From a virus: a DNA stretch of 40,107 bases. Shown piece after piece: positions 38,266-40,107 of the stretch. Each line of letters opens with the position of its first letter. Position 1 is the first letter of the stretch. The translations under genes and the position numbers were made by a program. The stretch spans positions 1 to 40,107 of the IMG/VR virus record IMGVR_UViG_3300045988_075043, one strand, 5' to 3'. The notes below the pieces were generated by a model. The model searched no databases, was not told the DNA's origin, and saw only the letters and a program-made list of their open reading frames with translations.

Positions 38266-38745
38266 ATGACAGAGATACAGGACTCCGGAATATACATAAT
38301 CCGTGATGCTTTCTTTGAAAAATACGGGAACAACCGCTATATGAAGAATAAGCAGGAGAGCCGCCCCCACTACTACGCTATGGCGGACAAATCCGGTGTC
38401 CTATGGATGGTTCCAATGAGTACCAACGTAGATAAATACAAGCGGCTGATATATGAAAGTGAGAGGCGGCACGGCTCCGGAAACTGCGTGCATTACCTCA
38501 TAGCGCCGATATACGGAAAAGACAGGGCTTTTATTATCTGCGATATGTTCCCCGTCCTCCCGGAACATGTACTACGCCCATACAATATCAACAATGTGCC
38601 TTATGTTTTGGAAAACAAAAATATAAAGAAAAACATCCGTGTAAAAGCGCTTGCCTACTTGAACATGGTTGAACGTGGGGTTCTACATAGTCCGTTAAAT
38701 ATTATCGAAACCAAGGCCGCGTTGCTCAAAAGCAGAAAGAACTAG
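38266..38745 (+). CDS. ToxN/AbiQ/CptN-like type III toxin (endoribonuclease) candidate (159 aa)
   Basis: GIYIIRDAFFEKY...RPHYYAM...GVLWMVPMST... and FIICDMFPV parallel the ToxN layout (FYTISSKYIEYL...YLAPLTS...MIPI). The context (repeats plus terminator upstream) fits. Confidence 0.6.
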   Translation: MTEIQDSGIYIIRDAFFEKYGNNRYMKNKQESRPHYYAMADKSGVLWMVPMSTNVDKYKRLIYESERRHGSGNCVHYLIAPIYGKDRAFIICDMFPVLPEHVLRPYNINNVPYVLENKNIKKNIRVKALAYLNMVERGVLHSPLNIIETKAALLKSRKN

Positions 38746-38817
38746 AGGACGGAATGGGCAGCCGCCGCCCTTGTTAGGAGATGTGGGAGTGTCGCCCCAC
38801 CTAGTTCTCAAAAACAG

Positions 38818-38849
38818 TGGCAGACCGTTTCGGCGGTCTGCCATTTTTT
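38818..38849 (+). terminator. Intrinsic terminator upstream of int
   Basis: 10-bp stem TGGCAGACCG/CGGTCTGCCA followed by TTTTTT. Confidence 0.7.
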
Positions 38850-38876
38850 CTAACCGCATGTAAAGGGGGATTCTTT

Positions 38877-39944
38877 ATGGGAAAAAGAAAGAAGGAGCCG
38901 GAAATCAGGCTCCCCAAAATTAAGCAGCTCCCCTCAGGGGCGTGGAGAACGCGCATTTACATCGACGGCCGCACGGTATCCATCACGAAGCCAACATACG
39001 ACGAATGCGCGGCGGAATACCTCGCCATGAAGCACGGGGTCATTGAAGCGAAAGCCACCCCCATGAAGCGCGGGGTGCCGCTGGGGGACGCCCTCGACAA
39101 ATACATTTCGACCCGGAAGGGGTTCAAGTCGCCGTCAACGATTTATGCGTATGAATCCTACCGCAAGCAACGGTTCCAAAGCATGATGGGGGCTGACGTG
39201 TACACCACCACGGACGAACAGTGGCAAGCCGCCATCCGCAGGGAAGCAAAATCGATGTCCCCGAAATATATCAAAAACGTGTGGATGCTGATTTCCGCAG
39301 CGATATTCGAGGAAACCGGACACAGGCCGCGGGTGACCCTGCCGGAAAAGGAACACAACGAAAAGCCGTACCTTGATCCGGATCAGATACCGGTGTTCCT
39401 GCAAGCCATAAAAGGGGAATCGATAGAAATTGCCGCCCTGCTGGAATTATCCAGCTTGCGCAGGTCTGAGATGCTGGCGCTGACATGGGACAAGGTCGAT
39501 TTCAAGAACGAAATAATATATGTCCACGGGGCAAGAGTTGCCGGGGACGGCGGCAAGCTGGTTCACAAGAAGCAGAATAAAAACGATTCCTCCCGGCGCA
39601 CGGTTCCGATTATTGAGCCGCTGATGGAAGCACTAAAGGCAGTTGATAACAAGGAAGGCTATGTCGTCAACCTGACCGGCGGGTGGATATGCACAAGGAT
39701 AAACGAGATTTGTTCCGCCAACGGCCTGCCGAAAGTCGGGAACCACGGATTGCGGCACAGCTTCGCGTCTCTGGCTTATCACCTCCAGATACCGGAAAAG
39801 ATAGCAATGGAAATTGGCGGGTGGGCAGATGACGGGACGATGCACAAAATATATACACATCTGGCACAGAAAGACATTGCAAAACGGGCGCAGGATTTTC
39901 GGAACTTCTTTGTGTCAAATGCGGATAAAAAAGCACAAATTTGA
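38877..39944 (+). CDS. int: Tyrosine site-specific integrase (355 aa)
   Basis: SD AAGGGGG plus ATG at 38877. LSSLRRSEMLAL (Arg), HGLRHSFAS (H-x-x-R), and GGW...MHKIYTHL (catalytic Tyr). Confidence 0.9.
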   Translation: MGKRKKEPEIRLPKIKQLPSGAWRTRIYIDGRTVSITKPTYDECAAEYLAMKHGVIEAKATPMKRGVPLGDALDKYISTRKGFKSPSTIYAYESYRKQRFQSMMGADVYTTTDEQWQAAIRREAKSMSPKYIKNVWMLISAAIFEETGHRPRVTLPEKEHNEKPYLDPDQIPVFLQAIKGESIEIAALLELSSLRRSEMLALTWDKVDFKNEIIYVHGARVAGDGGKLVHKKQNKNDSSRRTVPIIEPLMEALKAVDNKEGYVVNLTGGWICTRINEICSANGLPKVGNHGLRHSFASLAYHLQIPEKIAMEIGGWADDGTMHKIYTHLAQKDIAKRAQDFRNFFVSNADKKAQI

Positions 39945-39960
39945 CACGCCATTTGACACG
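39912..39960. promoter_or_regulatory. Putative integrase arm-type binding sites (P arm)
   Basis: ATTTGACACG at 39939-39948 and 39951-39960 (12-bp phase). An inverted 9/10 copy TGTGTCAAAT lies at 39912-39920. The sites overlap the int stop codon. Confidence 0.55.
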
Positions 39961-40006
39961 GATTTTGAAAAATCGTTGTATACCAACGCTTTTTGGCGTT
40001 TTAATC

Positions 40007-40034
40007 GCGGGTTCGATTCCCGTACGGGTCACCA
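40007..40034 (+). other. tRNA-gene 3' fragment, putative att core (second copy at 1-26)
   Basis: T-arm GCGGG/TTCGATT/CCCGT, acceptor 3' strand ACGGGTC, discriminator A, then CCA. The upstream 50 nt do not fold into the D or anticodon arms. Confidence 0.7.
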
Positions 40035-40107
40035 TGCAGAAAAAGCCCTAGAAATCAATTCTAGGGCTTTTTTATTGCTTTATCAGCTATATTCCCACGT
40101 TCTCCGA
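40009..40107. repeat. Terminal direct repeat, copy 2
   Basis: Exact 99/99 identity with 1-99. Confidence 0.95.
40044..40073 (+). terminator. Rho-independent terminator following the tRNA fragment
   Basis: 10-bp stem AGCCCTAGAA/TTCTAGGGCT, loop ATCAA, followed by TTTTT. Confidence 0.75.

Larger units (their letters stand above)
1..40107. mobile_element. Complete temperate phage genome (40,008-bp unit plus 99-bp terminal overlap)
   Basis: Positions 1-99 equal 40009-40107. Integrase/att, repressor switch, replication, packaging, capsid, portal, fibre and lysis modules are all present. Confidence 0.85.

Noticed and set aside
39955-40034. A complete tRNA gene at the right end
   Set aside because: Only the T-arm, 3' acceptor strand and CCA fold. 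The candidate 5' strand GACACGG pairs at 5/7 positions, and no D or anticodon arm can be drawn. It is an att fragment, not a gene.

Overview
The window is one complete temperate phage genome with a unit length of 40,008 bp. Positions 1-99 are repeated exactly at 40009-40107, so it is either a circular or terminally overlapped assembly, or a prophage cut at its att repeats. Expression signals look Firmicutes/Clostridia-like: AGGAGG-type SD sites, many TTGACA-17-TATAAT promoters, XhlA plus a phi-LC3-type holin, and a PG-binding/M15 endolysin. The background is GC-rich, which suggests a high-GC gut Clostridia host (inference). Layout: the right end, on the + strand, is a lysogeny/defence island. 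It holds a CI-like repressor, an Abi_2 abortive-infection gene, a stand-alone ncRNA candidate, a membrane-anchored HTH protein, a type III toxin-antitoxin-like repeat RNA with a ToxN/AbiQ/CptN-like gene, a tyrosine integrase, and attP (a tRNA 3' fragment flanked by ATTTGACACG arm sites). From about 35.3 kb leftwards on the - strand come the early/replication genes: Rad52-like annealase, NinB-like protein, HNH, SSB, RusA, a DUF4373-type replisome organiser with internal iterons, and two DNA methyltransferases. These are followed by virion genes including a 2108-aa protein, a + strand J-domain moron cassette, terS, two tRNAs, terL, scaffold, capsid, portal, fibres, lysis genes and a small post-lysis operon next to att. 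No tail tube, sheath or canonical tape-measure set was recognised, so the phage is podovirus-like (inference). The most notable observations are: a well-formed gene nested in the +1 frame of the 2108-aa ORF, exactly under its Gly-rich linker; a promoter-to-terminator ncRNA candidate; a type III TA-like locus with compensatory changes between its repeats; an autoregulated-looking J-domain cassette; and a methyltransferase frameshifted at a 9-nt homopolymer. All family calls come from motif-level recognition by eye, and no database search was possible.
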